IMG/VR virus record: IMGVR_UViG_2974753385_000001
Span: 2,185-66,184 of that record
DNA length: 64,000 bases
Origin: a virus
Lineage: Duplodnaviria; Caudoviricetes
Reading direction: 5' to 3' (one strand)
The notes under the pieces are model-generated. The model worked only from the letters and a program-made list of their open reading frames with translations. It searched no databases and was not told where the DNA came from. Every line of letters starts with the position of its first letter. Within the stretch, counting starts at the first letter, position 1. Below are positions 36,823-46,429 of the stretch, one piece after another. The position numbers were made by a program, and so were the translations under genes.

Positions 36823-39371
36823 TCCTTCGCGACCCTGATGCCCTTGTAGATCAGGGTCGAGGTGACCTTGCCGTCCCGGCGGACAGAGGCCTTCTTGCCC
36901 TCGTATCCGTTGTCCCGCATCCGGCCGAAGAAATCCCGCTTGCTCAGCACCTCACGGATCTCCTCGCGAGCGGCCCACTGCCGGTAGAGCTCGAAGAGCA
37001 CGAGGGTCTGGACGCGGCCGCTCTCGTCCTCCTCGACCATTTCGTCGAGGAACATCTGGAACGTCGAGGTGCCCGCGATGAACGACTTCTGGCGCTTCTT
37101 GACCGACACGGGCGTATTGACGTCGAGCCCCTCCATTAGGTAGTCGAGCAAGCCATCGACAAGCCAGGAGAGGACCGCCTTCAGCGCCTCGGGGTTGTTC
37201 TTGATCGGCTCGGTTTCCACCGTGCTCGGCGGGACCTGCCGGTCGAAGGGGAGCACCAGAAGACGCCGCCACAACGCCGCGTCGCCGTCCTCGATCGTCG
37301 GCATGGAGTTCGTCGCGACGATCGGGGTGAACATCGGGGTGCGCTGCACCATGACGTTCGAGTAGAGCGCGCGAGCGATGACCGAGTCGCCACCGGTGAG
37401 CCGCTTGATCACGTCGGCGTGCAGGCGGTTTCGCTGGCCGATCTCGGAGGCGAACACCACCCGGCGGGGAAGGGCAGACAGCATCTCGGGCATCGGCCCC
37501 GAGTCCCGCTTCTGGCGGAACAGCCCGTTCATGTCGATCACGGCCCCGTAGTCGCCCAGGCACGCCTGCACCGATTCGAGAATCGTCGTCTTACCGGTCG
37601 AGGTGCCGCCCTGGATGAAGATGATGCGGCGCTGCGGGTTTCCGCCGAGGAAGGCGTAGCCGAACACCTTGCGCACGTACCGCCGGTAGTCGGCGTCGGG
37701 GAGGAAGGTGTTGAGGTAGCTCTCCCACTTCGGGTGAGTGAAGTTGGGCTCGTAGGGGATCGGGGTGTGCTGAAGGATCAGATCCTCGGGACGGCCCTTG
37801 CGGCAGAGGGAGTCGTAGTCGACGTCGACCCCGCCGTTCTTCGCGGCCGCGGTGAGGTCGAGCACGCCGTTCCCGACGCCCCAGGTGGTCGGGTTGGTGT
37901 CGAACTCAGCCGGGTCGATCGCGTTGCCGGAGAGCACGTGCGCCATCGACATTGAGTGCTCGATGATCGTGCGGTTGCCCGCGGTGATCGCCCTCTTGGA
38001 GTAGGCCTTGGCGAGCTTCTCGGTGTCCTCGGCCTCGGCGCTGCCCTGCTCTTCGAGGATCTCGGCCTGGCGGAACAGCCGGTTGGCGGTGGCCTGAAGA
38101 GAGGCGACGACCGACTGGTTCCAGAGCAGACCGTAGGTCTCGGACTTGGAGAGCTTGACCAGGCGTCCGATGCTTTCATCCCACCAGGCCCAGTCGTCGG
38201 TGCCGGAGCGGATCGGCCGGATGGAGTCGCCGAGCGCGTCGAGGAACATGCGAGCGCGGCCGGAGTCGTTGTCGTCGTACTCCTCGGCGTCGACGATCGT
38301 GTTCCGGCGCTCCACCCACTGCCGCAGCATCTTCTCGCGGAACAGGTCGAGGTCGATGTTGCCGTCCTCGGCGGTGTACCCGCCGACGGGGGAGATGCGG
38401 ATCAGGTCGTTGGCAATGTCGTCGCGCAGCTTCGAGACCTCGCCGCACAGTGCGCGTCGCCACTCCGCCTTGGCCGCTGAGATGTCGCGCCGGGCCTCTT
38501 CGGCCTCCGCCCCGCCGAGGACTTCGGCCAGGAACGCCTGCCGGACACGGTTGATCGCGATCTTCAGGCCGTGGTGCCCCTCGGCGGCGAGCTGGACAAC
38601 CTCGTGCAGACGGCCGAGCATCATGTCGTGTGCGCCGGTCGACATCTCCTCGCGCAGCTTCTCCGGCTCGGTGACGCGGTTCATCTGGCCCGAGGGATCG
38701 TTGTCGTAACCGGGGATCTCGGCCTGGAGCCAGCCGAAGGCCTCTTCGACGTCGTCGATCTCCTCGATCTTCCGAGCCTCTCCGGCCTCCCCCTTGAACA
38801 GGTGGTCGACCCACTCCTCGGGGAGGTCGGGGAACTCGGCGACGTGCGGAGGCTCGTCGAGGGGCTGGTCGTTCGCGTCGTACCACTGGTACGCACGTCC
38901 GTCTGTCTCCGAGGGCCACGCGACGGCATAGCGGTGGGTGCGCTGGATGATCTCGATGTCGGGGCCGGGCTTGCCGCGCCACTTCGCGTTGGCGGTGACG
39001 CGGAAGAACCGGATGCCCGAGGGGTTTTCGGGGTCGCGGGAGGTCGACCGGAAGGTGCGGGGCAGCGGACCGAGCTGCTCGATCAGGTCGGTGAGCGTCT
39101 CGCCGCCGTGCTTCTCGTCGTAGTCGTCCACGTCGATACCGAGGAGCTCGTAGAGCATCCCGTCGACGGTGAACTGCGGCATCCGCAGGCCCAGGTTCGA
39201 CCCGGTGGGCATCTCTTCGCACCAGGTGTAGACCCGGTTGACGTCGGGGTAGGGCTTGTTCCCGGTGGTGTCGTCCGGCGGCGGATACTTCATCCCTACC
39301 GGAAGCGGGAGTGGGCTGTTCCATCCGCGCTGGAGGTAGATCGAAGCATGATCGCCGTAGATGTCGGACAA
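36819..39371 (-). CDS. DNA primase/helicase (Prim-Pol N-terminus + D5/P4-type SF3 helicase)
   Basis: LGIDVDDY, Walker A GGTSTGKTT, FASE..., KRLTGGD; TTG start 39371 after AGGAG. Confidence 0.9.
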   Translation of the reverse strand: MSDIYGDHASIYLQRGWNSPLPLPVGMKYPPPDDTTGNKPYPDVNRVYTWCEEMPTGSNLGLRMPQFTVDGMLYELLGIDVDDYDEKHGGETLTDLIEQLGPLPRTFRSTSRDPENPSGIRFFRVTANAKWRGKPGPDIEIIQRTHRYAVAWPSETDGRAYQWYDANDQPLDEPPHVAEFPDLPEEWVDHLFKGEAGEARKIEEIDDVEEAFGWLQAEIPGYDNDPSGQMNRVTEPEKLREEMSTGAHDMMLGRLHEVVQLAAEGHHGLKIAINRVRQAFLAEVLGGAEAEEARRDISAAKAEWRRALCGEVSKLRDDIANDLIRISPVGGYTAEDGNIDLDLFREKMLRQWVERRNTIVDAEEYDDNDSGRARMFLDALGDSIRPIRSGTDDWAWWDESIGRLVKLSKSETYGLLWNQSVVASLQATANRLFRQAEILEEQGSAEAEDTEKLAKAYSKRAITAGNRTIIEHSMSMAHVLSGNAIDPAEFDTNPTTWGVGNGVLDLTAAAKNGGVDVDYDSLCRKGRPEDLILQHTPIPYEPNFTHPKWESYLNTFLPDADYRRYVRKVFGYAFLGGNPQRRIIFIQGGTSTGKTTILESVQACLGDYGAVIDMNGLFRQKRDSGPMPEMLSALPRRVVFASEIGQRNRLHADVIKRLTGGDSVIARALYSNVMVQRTPMFTPIVATNSMPTIEDGDAALWRRLLVLPFDRQVPPSTVETEPIKNNPEALKAVLSWLVDGLLDYLMEGLDVNTPVSVKKRQKSFIAGTSTFQMFLDEMVEEDESGRVQTLVLFELYRQWAAREEIREVLSKRDFFGRMRDNGYEGKKASVRRDGKVTSTLIYKGIRVAKD

Positions 39372-39381
39372 GGGGTGTCTC

Positions 39382-39765
39382 CTAGAGGACTTGTTCGTTG
39401 AGAAGAATCTCGTCAACGGAGTCGAAGTGGACTCCGCAACCGGGGCACAACAGAGGGTACTTCAGATACTCGCGAAAGTATTGGATGTGGTCGTCACAGA
39501 GTGTCGCGGCGATCGTGAGAAGGCCTGCGACGTAGTTGTATTCGGACCAGTCCTTGCCGAGTAGGGCGAACTGCCGAGGATCGGACCAGCAGGGGCACAG
39601 TCGCATCTGGTACGCACGTACGGACTGGTTCTGGCAGCCGTCGGGGTGATGCTCGGCGGGGTGATCGAATGGAGGCTTATGGGGGTGGATCCAGAGCATT
39701 CGTTTGCAGGTGCAGACTACGTCAGGCTGGAAATCGAGACTCTCCAGAGTCTTGTCGAAGTCCAT
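39382..39765 (-). CDS. Cys/His-rich hypothetical protein
   Basis: CTC, CPC, CDDH, CPGC. Confidence 0.75.
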   Translation of the reverse strand: MDFDKTLESLDFQPDVVCTCKRMLWIHPHKPPFDHPAEHHPDGCQNQSVRAYQMRLCPCWSDPRQFALLGKDWSEYNYVAGLLTIAATLCDDHIQYFREYLKYPLLCPGCGVHFDSVDEILLNEQVL

Positions 39766-40066
39766 CTGGCGGGGCCTCCTGCGTTCGATTCATGATGAGC
39801 TCGCCGCCGTAGATGCCTTCGGCGAGCGGGTCGGTTAGCGCCGCGGCGAGGCAGACCTCGCGTTGCGAGCAGGCGCGGCAGACCTGTTTGGCACCTTCGT
39901 GCCGGTTTCGTCGGGCGACGGCGCTCTCGCCCTTCGCGTTCTTCTTCCCTCCCCCGTCGAGCTCGGCATCCCAGAGCCAGGACCCCACGAATCGCTCCTG
40001 GCAGCAGAGCGCCTCGTGGCGATCCACCGCCCGCTGAGCGGGGGAGATCAGGCTGAGTGGGATCAC
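39722..40066 (-). CDS. whiB: WhiB family transcription factor
   Basis: C...AKQVCRACSQREVCL...GIYGG; GTG 40066 coupled to the upstream stop. Confidence 0.8.
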   Translation of the reverse strand: MIPLSLISPAQRAVDRHEALCCQERFVGSWLWDAELDGGGKKNAKGESAVARRNRHEGAKQVCRACSQREVCLAAALTDPLAEGIYGGELIMNRTQEAPPDGLRQDSGESRFPA

Positions 40067-40344
40067 TGCGGGGGCTTCACCGCTCGGGCCGCGTTCATGA
40101 TGTTCTGACGCGCGGTCTCGGGGTCGAAGTAGATGAGGATGCCTTGCGCGTGCATCCGCTCGGCGACCATCCGCATCATGTTCTCGTTGCTGATGCCCGT
40201 CTCGGGGTCCCATTCGTCGTCGAGCCTCTTGATCGGATGGGTGTCGCTCCCGGTGCGTAGCTTGCCCTGCTCGTAGTCGTTGAGGACCGACTCGATACAG
40301 GCCGTCAGCCGGTCGGCCGTGGCCGCGGGGTCGAGCTTCCTCAC
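40063..40344 (-). CDS. hypothetical protein
   Basis: GTG 40344 coupled; 3' part of track ORF 40063..40734. Confidence 0.7.
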   Translation of the reverse strand: MRKLDPAATADRLTACIESVLNDYEQGKLRTGSDTHPIKRLDDEWDPETGISNENMMRMVAERMHAQGILIYFDPETARQNIMNAARAVKPPQ

Positions 40345-40802
40345 ATCGACCCCGCTTCCACGAGCGCCTCGATGGACTCGCGGCTGTACCGGACCTGCTT
40401 GGGCCCGAGTGGCCGGAACCCGATGATCTTGCCTTCTCGCTCCCACCGGCGCAGGGTCGGACGGGAGACGCCGAGCAGGGTGGCCGCGGTGTTCGCGTCC
40501 ATCGTCTCCTTCATCTGCTTGCGCAGCGCGGTGATCCCCTCGGGGGTGCCCTTGCGCGGCAGGTTGCGGGAGTCCGCCCGGCGCGCGGTGTCCATGCGCC
40601 ACTGACGAATCTCCTCGACGATGTCCTCGGCGTGGTCGAGCAGTGCGCTCACGGGTATGCGCATGTGCGACCCGGCGGTGCGACTCATCGGAAGGGTCTT
40701 CATTCCGTTGCGGAGGCAGCGTCGGAGCACCCATGAAGGCACGCCGAGCAGCGTGGCCGCCTGGTCAACACTCACGAGGGTGTCGATGTCTGGGGTATCC
40801 AT
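40341..40802 (-). CDS. double helix-turn-helix (excisionase/MerR-like) DNA-binding protein
   Basis: SVDQAATLLGVPSWVLRR and DANTAATLLGVSRPTLRRWEREG. Confidence 0.82.
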   Translation of the reverse strand: MDTPDIDTLVSVDQAATLLGVPSWVLRRCLRNGMKTLPMSRTAGSHMRIPVSALLDHAEDIVEEIRQWRMDTARRADSRNLPRKGTPEGITALRKQMKETMDANTAATLLGVSRPTLRRWEREGKIIGFRPLGPKQVRYSRESIEALVEAGSM

Positions 40803-40832
40803 TGCTCTCTCATCTCTCTTTGTTCGGGTTGT

Positions 40833-41573
40833 CTACAACTCTATCAGACCTCGCTCCACAGCGGCCTTCAGGATCGGCCACGCCCGGTAGACGTCGGAGC
40901 GGGCCTGGCGCACCTTGCGCAGGAACAGGATCGCGTGCCGGTCGGCGTCGCGTGCATGTCGGCTCCCCGAGGCCCAGAAACCCCACTGTTTGAGCCGCTC
41001 GTCGGTGATCGAGGACTTCGCCTCACTCGGTTGCTGCCGCTTCGGGGTGGGGTATCCAGGACGCTCCCAGACCATCTGCTCGAAGGCCGCGGTGAGCCGG
41101 ACTGGTGAGAGCGCGTCGCGCTTCTGGGTCTGCGTCCGCAGAATGAAGTCCTCGATCACCAGCGCGGTGCGGAACCGGCCTCCGGCCCGATCCACGAGCT
41201 GATCCATCATGTAGGCCCCGGCGTGCTCGCCGGACAGGGAGCCACCGAGGTCGATCTCGTCGCCGAGCTGGGTGATCGCGGCGTCGTTGACCGAGCCGGA
41301 CATCGCTCCGCAGTCGATCTCCCCATGCCACCAGTGAGTGATGACGTCGCGCCAGCTCGCCGTCTTGTCGAGCAGCTTCGCGGGGTCGAGACGCATGACC
41401 GACCAGCCCGTGGTGCCGCCGGGGTCGAAGGCGATGACCCGCAGCCCGCGGCCGAGGAGGATCCTGATGTCGACCTCGGAGAGCCCGGCGACCAGCTCCT
41501 CGACTGGCCGCGGGATCTCCGCGGCCATGTCCTGTCGGTCGAGCCAGTCCTTCGGGGTGGACTCGGGGATCAC
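40833..41573 (-). CDS. ruvC: RuvC-like Holliday junction resolvase
   Basis: VIAFDPGGTTGWS, LVIEDF, RHARDADRH. Confidence 0.82.
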   Translation of the reverse strand: MIPESTPKDWLDRQDMAAEIPRPVEELVAGLSEVDIRILLGRGLRVIAFDPGGTTGWSVMRLDPAKLLDKTASWRDVITHWWHGEIDCGAMSGSVNDAAITQLGDEIDLGGSLSGEHAGAYMMDQLVDRAGGRFRTALVIEDFILRTQTQKRDALSPVRLTAAFEQMVWERPGYPTPKRQQPSEAKSSITDERLKQWGFWASGSRHARDADRHAILFLRKVRQARSDVYRAWPILKAAVERGLIEL

Positions 41574-41797
41574 AGATCGACCTCCTTGGCGGTGACGAAG
41601 ACCTCCTGAGAGGTGGCCGGGCCGTCGAGATCCCAAGTCACCCCGGTCACGCGGTACTTCCGCCCGCGGGAGACGAGGCACTCGCCGATGGCGGGGACGC
41701 GCCACCCCTCAGAGACGTGGGTGTAGGTGGCGACCAGGGTGCGACCGCCGGTCGGGTTGTTGAGCCAGTACGTCACGCGAACAACGGGGTCGGTCAT
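41570..41797 (-). CDS. hypothetical protein
   Basis: ATG 41797 overlaps the dnaE stop. Confidence 0.7.
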   Translation of the reverse strand: MTDPVVRVTYWLNNPTGGRTLVATYTHVSEGWRVPAIGECLVSRGRKYRVTGVTWDLDGPATSQEVFVTAKEVDL

Positions 41798-44700
41798 GGT
41801 TCCTCCAATTCGATGATCTCGACGGTCTCTGCCTGGATGCTGGGGCCGTGGCCGTCGCGCGAGATGCCGACGACATGGACGGCGGTGTTGCCGTCGACGG
41901 CCGCGAGCTCGTCGGCCAGAGCGGGGTACATCCACCGGCTGACGTAGAGGTGAACCTCGATCCCCTCGGCGTCCTCGGCGATGACGGTGGCCTTCGTCGA
42001 CAGCTCCGGCCGCTCGGTCTTGGCCTTCAGCGCCTCGATCGACTCGCCGGTGCGCTTACGCAAGCCCTCGAAGTGGTCCTTGACCTTGACCTCGCGGATC
42101 AGGCCGATGAACACCACCTTCTCGTCGACGCATTCGAGGAGCAGGCTCGACGGGGTGTTGCCGCCGAGCAGTCCGATCTCCCCGTTCTCGATCGCCTGTT
42201 CGATGGTCTGCACGGCGCGCGCGGCCTTGTTGATGCCGAACGGGTCGGCCGAGGCGGTCAGCGCCTTGATCCGTTCGACGGTCTTCGCGCCGAGGCCCGG
42301 CACCCCGCGGGACGGCTCGTCCGGTTTGGTCTTGCGACCCTTCTTCGGGGCCACGTAACGCATGTCGTCCCAGTCGTGAAGGAGCGCCTTGAAATTGACG
42401 CCCTTCTCCGGCGGAGGTCCGATCTCGCGATCGCGCCACTCGACCATCTTCTGTCCGACCTTCTCGGCGACGCCGTCGATCTGGGTGAACCCCGCTCGGA
42501 TGGAGGGGCCGCTGGTGACCGGCTCCCAGGTCAGGCCGGACATGGCAAGGTCCGGCGCGAGGATCGAGAACCCGTGCGCGGCGGCGTCCTTCAGCAACGA
42601 GAGCTGCTGGTCCTTGTCGGCCCCGCGCAGCGCCGCAGCGTAGAAGTACTTCGGGTGGTAGTGCTTCAGCCATGCCAGCCAGTACCCGACGACGGCGTAG
42701 CAGACCGCGTGCGCGATGTTGAACAGGTAGCTCGACGAGGCGGCCATGTAGTCCCAGAGCTCCCGAGCATCGTCCTCGGGCATCCCGATCTCGCTCTTCA
42801 TGCCGTCGCGGAACTCCTCCCAGAACGCCTCGAAGGCCCCGCCCTGCTTCTTCTTTCCGATGATGCGCCGGAGCTGGCTGACCCGGTCGCCGGGCATTCC
42901 GGCCACGCGACCCATGCCCATCACCTGCTCCTGGTAGACCAGGCAACCGTTGGTCGACTGCAACACCGCGTTGACCGCGGGGTAGCCCCAGTCGCGAGGC
43001 TCCTCCTGGCCGAGCTCGACGGCCTCGTAGTGCGAGGTCTGGCCGGAGATGAGCGCGCCAGGACGCGAGAGGGCGTTGATGTCGGCGAGATGGCGGAACT
43101 CGAAGTCGGTCTGTCCGGCGAGCTTGTTCACGATCCCGCGGGTGGTCCGACCGTCGAACTGGAAGATGCCGGTCAGGTCGCCGGTACCGAACACGCTTTC
43201 GAGCACCTCGACGTCGTCGAGCGGGAGCGCGTAGAGCTCCTCGAAGGTCATGCCGATCCAGTCGAGGCAGTCGTGGATGAGCCTCATCGTCTTCAGCCCG
43301 AGGATGTCGAGCTTCAGCATTCCGAGGTACTCGGCGTCGCGCTTGTCGTAGGAGATCCCGCGGCGGGTGACGCCGTCCTTGGCTACGGTGTAGACCGCGC
43401 AGGTGTCGGCGATCGGCTGGGTCGAGATGACCAGCCCCGCGGCGTGGATGCCCATGCCGCGGTAGTCGCCCTCGATCGCCATCGCCATCTTCAGGTCGGG
43501 ATACTTCTCGACGATCTGGCGGGCCCGCTCGAAGGTGCCGATCGCATCAGCGACCGAGTAGTTCTCGCGGGGGTCGCCGTCGTCGCGGTCGACGATGAGC
43601 TCCTTCAGCTCGTAGACCTCGCTGAAGTCGGCGAGCTCGTGCGCGCGAGCAGTGTCCTGGACCGCAGTGCGGCCGCGGTAGCGCATGTAGTTGGCGATGT
43701 GCGCGGTCTTATCGGCCCCGTACTTGCCCTGCGCGTAGGCAAAGACGGCCTTCGGGTCCTCGAAGTCGATGTCAATGTCGGGGTCGTCCGGCCGCGACGG
43801 GTCGATGAACCGCTCGAACTGCATGAGCGGGAACTGCATCGGGTCGATCTCGGTGATCCGCAGGAGGTAGCAGAGCAGCGATCCGGCGGCCGAGCCGCGG
43901 CCGGGGCCGACACCCATCTTCGCGACGTCCTTGGCCCACCGCACCAGGTCGGCGGTGACCAGGAAGTAGTCGCAGAACCCCTTCGGCTCGATGATGGAGA
44001 ACTCGTAGTGGATCCGCTCCAAGTAGGCGTCGGTGTCGATGTCCCACCGCTGCGCGAAGCCAGGGTTGGTCTCGGCGCGGAACTCGATCCCCTCGTTGAT
44101 CCACTTCTTCAGCCGGTCGGCCGCCGACATCTGCGGGCCCCGCTCGATGTAGATGACCCGCTCCGACTTCGGCAGCTCGACGTTGCAGCGATCGGCGATC
44201 TCGCGCGCACCGCGGACGGCGGCGTCCCCCTCCGCGTCGCTGAGCAGGCAGTCGGCCAGCTTGCGCAGGCACTCCTCGTCGGACTCGGGGTAGGTCAGCC
44301 GGACGTCGTACTCCCAGTCGGCGTCCTGCGTCGCCACGGTGCCTCCGCGGTGCGCCGCGTGCAGCATTCGTTGGACGACGTTCTGGTCGGGGTGCGGGTA
44401 GTGGACGTCGGCGGTCGCCACCAGCGGGATGCCCTCGGCGGCCGACACGTCGGCGAAGAACTGGTTGAGCAGGACCGCGCGATCGAGCTCGGGGAACATC
44501 TGCGCTTCGAGGTAGAACCGGTCGCCGTAGCACTTCTGGAACTTCGCGATCAGCGCGCGGGTCTCGTCGACGCTTTCGTCGGTCCAGTCTTCGCGCCGGT
44601 CGCCGAGGCTCTTGCCGCCCAACAGCGTGCAGGAGATCCACGAGTCCGCGCACCCACTGGTGACGATGAGGCCTTCGGTGAGCTCGGGGTCGAGGATCTG

Positions 44701-45045
44701 GTTCAGGTGCAGGCGAGGGACGTACTTGGTCTGCTCCCAGGCGAGGGTGACCAGCCGGTTGAGGTTGCGGTAGCCGACTTCGTTCATCGCCAGCACCGTC
44801 TGGTGGAAGTGCCGTCGGCGGGGCTCGTCGGCCGGGGCGATGTCGAACTCGCAGCCGAAGATCGGCTTGATCCCGGCCTCCTTGGCGGCGATTTCGAGCT
44901 GCACGTGCGAGCTGACGTTGCGGTGCTCGGTGAGCGCCAGCGCGTCCATGCCGAGCTCGGCCACGCGAGCGACGTGCTCGGCGGGCTTGCGGTACCCGTC
45001 GCCGTGGGAGAACGAGCTGTGTGTGTGGAGCGAGACCCACTTCAT
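41794..45045 (-). CDS. dnaE: DnaE-like DNA polymerase III alpha subunit
   Basis: PHP motif SLHTHSSFSHGDG, GRGSAAGS, PDIDIDF, KLDILG, FNIAHA. Confidence 0.97.
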   Translation of the reverse strand: MKWVSLHTHSSFSHGDGYRKPAEHVARVAELGMDALALTEHRNVSSHVQLEIAAKEAGIKPIFGCEFDIAPADEPRRRHFHQTVLAMNEVGYRNLNRLVTLAWEQTKYVPRLHLNQILDPELTEGLIVTSGCADSWISCTLLGGKSLGDRREDWTDESVDETRALIAKFQKCYGDRFYLEAQMFPELDRAVLLNQFFADVSAAEGIPLVATADVHYPHPDQNVVQRMLHAAHRGGTVATQDADWEYDVRLTYPESDEECLRKLADCLLSDAEGDAAVRGAREIADRCNVELPKSERVIYIERGPQMSAADRLKKWINEGIEFRAETNPGFAQRWDIDTDAYLERIHYEFSIIEPKGFCDYFLVTADLVRWAKDVAKMGVGPGRGSAAGSLLCYLLRITEIDPMQFPLMQFERFIDPSRPDDPDIDIDFEDPKAVFAYAQGKYGADKTAHIANYMRYRGRTAVQDTARAHELADFSEVYELKELIVDRDDGDPRENYSVADAIGTFERARQIVEKYPDLKMAMAIEGDYRGMGIHAAGLVISTQPIADTCAVYTVAKDGVTRRGISYDKRDAEYLGMLKLDILGLKTMRLIHDCLDWIGMTFEELYALPLDDVEVLESVFGTGDLTGIFQFDGRTTRGIVNKLAGQTDFEFRHLADINALSRPGALISGQTSHYEAVELGQEEPRDWGYPAVNAVLQSTNGCLVYQEQVMGMGRVAGMPGDRVSQLRRIIGKKKQGGAFEAFWEEFRDGMKSEIGMPEDDARELWDYMAASSSYLFNIAHAVCYAVVGYWLAWLKHYHPKYFYAAALRGADKDQQLSLLKDAAAHGFSILAPDLAMSGLTWEPVTSGPSIRAGFTQIDGVAEKVGQKMVEWRDREIGPPPEKGVNFKALLHDWDDMRYVAPKKGRKTKPDEPSRGVPGLGAKTVERIKALTASADPFGINKAARAVQTIEQAIENGEIGLLGGNTPSSLLLECVDEKVVFIGLIREVKVKDHFEGLRKRTGESIEALKAKTERPELSTKATVIAEDAEGIEVHLYVSRWMYPALADELAAVDGNTAVHVVGISRDGHGPSIQAETVEIIELEEP

Positions 45046-45323
45046 CGGCGAAACCCCATCTCCGACTTCCGCTTGAACTCCTCGGTTGTCTTCAGGTGGT
45101 CGGCATACGCGGTGTCTCGATCGTGGTCGGTCCATCGGTCGGACCACACGATGTTGACCATGTCGCGATTCGTCCACCAGTGAAACAGGCCGTCATCCTC
45201 ATGCCCGGCGTAGAGCGCGCAGGCCACCTCGACGCCGCGGTAGCTGACCTTCGTGTGCGGGCATCGCCCTTTGCGCCAACGGCGGGGGCGGGCCTTCAGC
45301 GTAGGAACTCGATTGACTATCAT
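45042..45323 (-). CDS. hypothetical protein
   Basis: Coupled at both ends; C..C...H..H. Confidence 0.65.
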   Translation of the reverse strand: MIVNRVPTLKARPRRWRKGRCPHTKVSYRGVEVACALYAGHEDDGLFHWWTNRDMVNIVWSDRWTDHDRDTAYADHLKTTEEFKRKSEMGFRR

Positions 45324-45505
45324 CCGCGCAGCACCCGCAGCTTCGATCGGGCCGCGGCGGCCTGCGACTCGCGCAGGAAGGCGTCGGGGTCATTCGTGTA
45401 CGCCGTGATCTCCGGCTTCCGGTGGCGGCCGGAGCGGGGCCCTCCGTGCCGGAGGACGTGGACGGTCACCTCTCCGACTCGGCCGGTTCGTTCGTGTTGT
45501 GCCAT
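45320..45505 (-). CDS. hypothetical protein
   Basis: SD GGAGG upstream. Confidence 0.7.
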   Translation of the reverse strand: MAQHERTGRVGEVTVHVLRHGGPRSGRHRKPEITAYTNDPDAFLRESQAAAARSKLRVLRG

Positions 45506-45553
45506 GTGGCCCTCCAGGATTTTGCTCGAAAATTGGCGGAACTCTCCCCACCG

Positions 45554-45582
45554 ACTTTACGAGTTGACGTCAAAGAAGTCAA
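45554..45582 (-). promoter_or_regulatory. SigA-like promoter TTGACT-N17-TAAAGT with TTTGACGTCAAC in the spacer
   Basis: -35 at 45577-45582, -10 at 45554-45559 on the minus strand, upstream of the dnaE operon. Confidence 0.75.
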
Positions 45583-45787
45583 CCCGGTTCCTCCCGGCTG
45601 ATCCAATCAGCCAGACCTTGAACGTGATCATCGCGGGCCGGTCGTGGTCCTCACGCGACCAGTGCCCGGCGTTCTCCTGCTCGATCTCCTGGCGGTACCG
45701 CTCCTCGCGGTATTCGCTCACGAGCCGGGCGTGATCGGCCGAGCACTGGACGTGGTTGGGTTGGCACCGCTGGTGCCGGGGGATCAA
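45557..45787 (-). CDS. hypothetical protein
   Basis: Coupled to the upstream stop; ends inside the promoter. Confidence 0.65.
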   Translation of the reverse strand: MIPRHQRCQPNHVQCSADHARLVSEYREERYRQEIEQENAGHWSREDHDRPAMITFKVWLIGSAGRNRVDFFDVNS

Positions 45788-46356
45788 TCGGTGCAGTCGG
45801 GGCAGCCACCACCGTCGCAGGTCGCGCAGCTCGACGGCGGGACCGGGTCGGGCACCGGCACGTCAGAGGCCTTCATGAAGATCGGCTGGCCCTTCGGCGA
45901 GACGCCGATCTGGACGAACTCCTCTTGGGGGTCCGGCGGCAGCACCCACACCCGATTGGGGTCCTCCATCTCGGCCATCGCCGCGGCCAGCCGGTCCTCG
46001 GTGTTCTCCTCGCAGAGGGTCTCGATCGCCGCCTTCAGGCGCTCGTGCGGGATCGCGCCGGAGATGGTTGCCTCGACCGAGCCCCGCTTCACGAGCAGCA
46101 GTGACGGGGTCGAGATGACGCAGGCCACCTCGACGAACCGGCGGACCTTCTGCCCCAGCTCGGACTCGTCGCCCCAGTCCATCGTGAGGGCGTGCGAGAG
46201 GTTGCGCTTGAGCGGCATCTCTTCGAGCGCCTGCACCATGTAGTCGTACAGCGGCTCCATCGGCGAGCCGACGAGGACAGCCCAGCGGGTGTTGCCGGTG
46301 GTCGAGGTGACCTTGTCGATGACGTTCAAGAGATCGTAAAAGGCAATGGTAGGCAT
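45784..46356 (-). CDS. thioredoxin-like fold protein lacking CxxC
   Basis: VISTPSLLLVKRGSVEATISGAIPHERLKAAI resembles the thioredoxin C-terminal half; ATG 46356. Confidence 0.45.
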   Translation of the reverse strand: MPTIAFYDLLNVIDKVTSTTGNTRWAVLVGSPMEPLYDYMVQALEEMPLKRNLSHALTMDWGDESELGQKVRRFVEVACVISTPSLLLVKRGSVEATISGAIPHERLKAAIETLCEENTEDRLAAAMAEMEDPNRVWVLPPDPQEEFVQIGVSPKGQPIFMKASDVPVPDPVPPSSCATCDGGGCPDCTD

Positions 46357-46374
46357 GGTAAAGCTCCCTGGATA

Positions 46375-46418
46375 CGAGAAGAGCGGGTGGACCGACCCCT
46401 CAATCGGCCCACCCGCTC
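46375..46418 (-). terminator. terminator-like hairpin after SSB
   Basis: GAGCGGGTGG / CCACCCGCTC stem followed by TTCT on the minus strand. Confidence 0.55.
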
Positions 46419-46429
46419 GGGTGGTTGGG

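Noticed and set aside
37116-37127. ATTGACGTCGAG operator-like site in the primase gene
   Set aside because: Mid-coding with no matching -35/-10 geometry; likely chance.
41848-45183. 1111-aa plus-strand ORF, and similar long antisense ORFs (e.g. 46346..48112, 28846..30843, 7972..9429)
   Set aside because: Mirror frames of dnaE and other well-supported genes.
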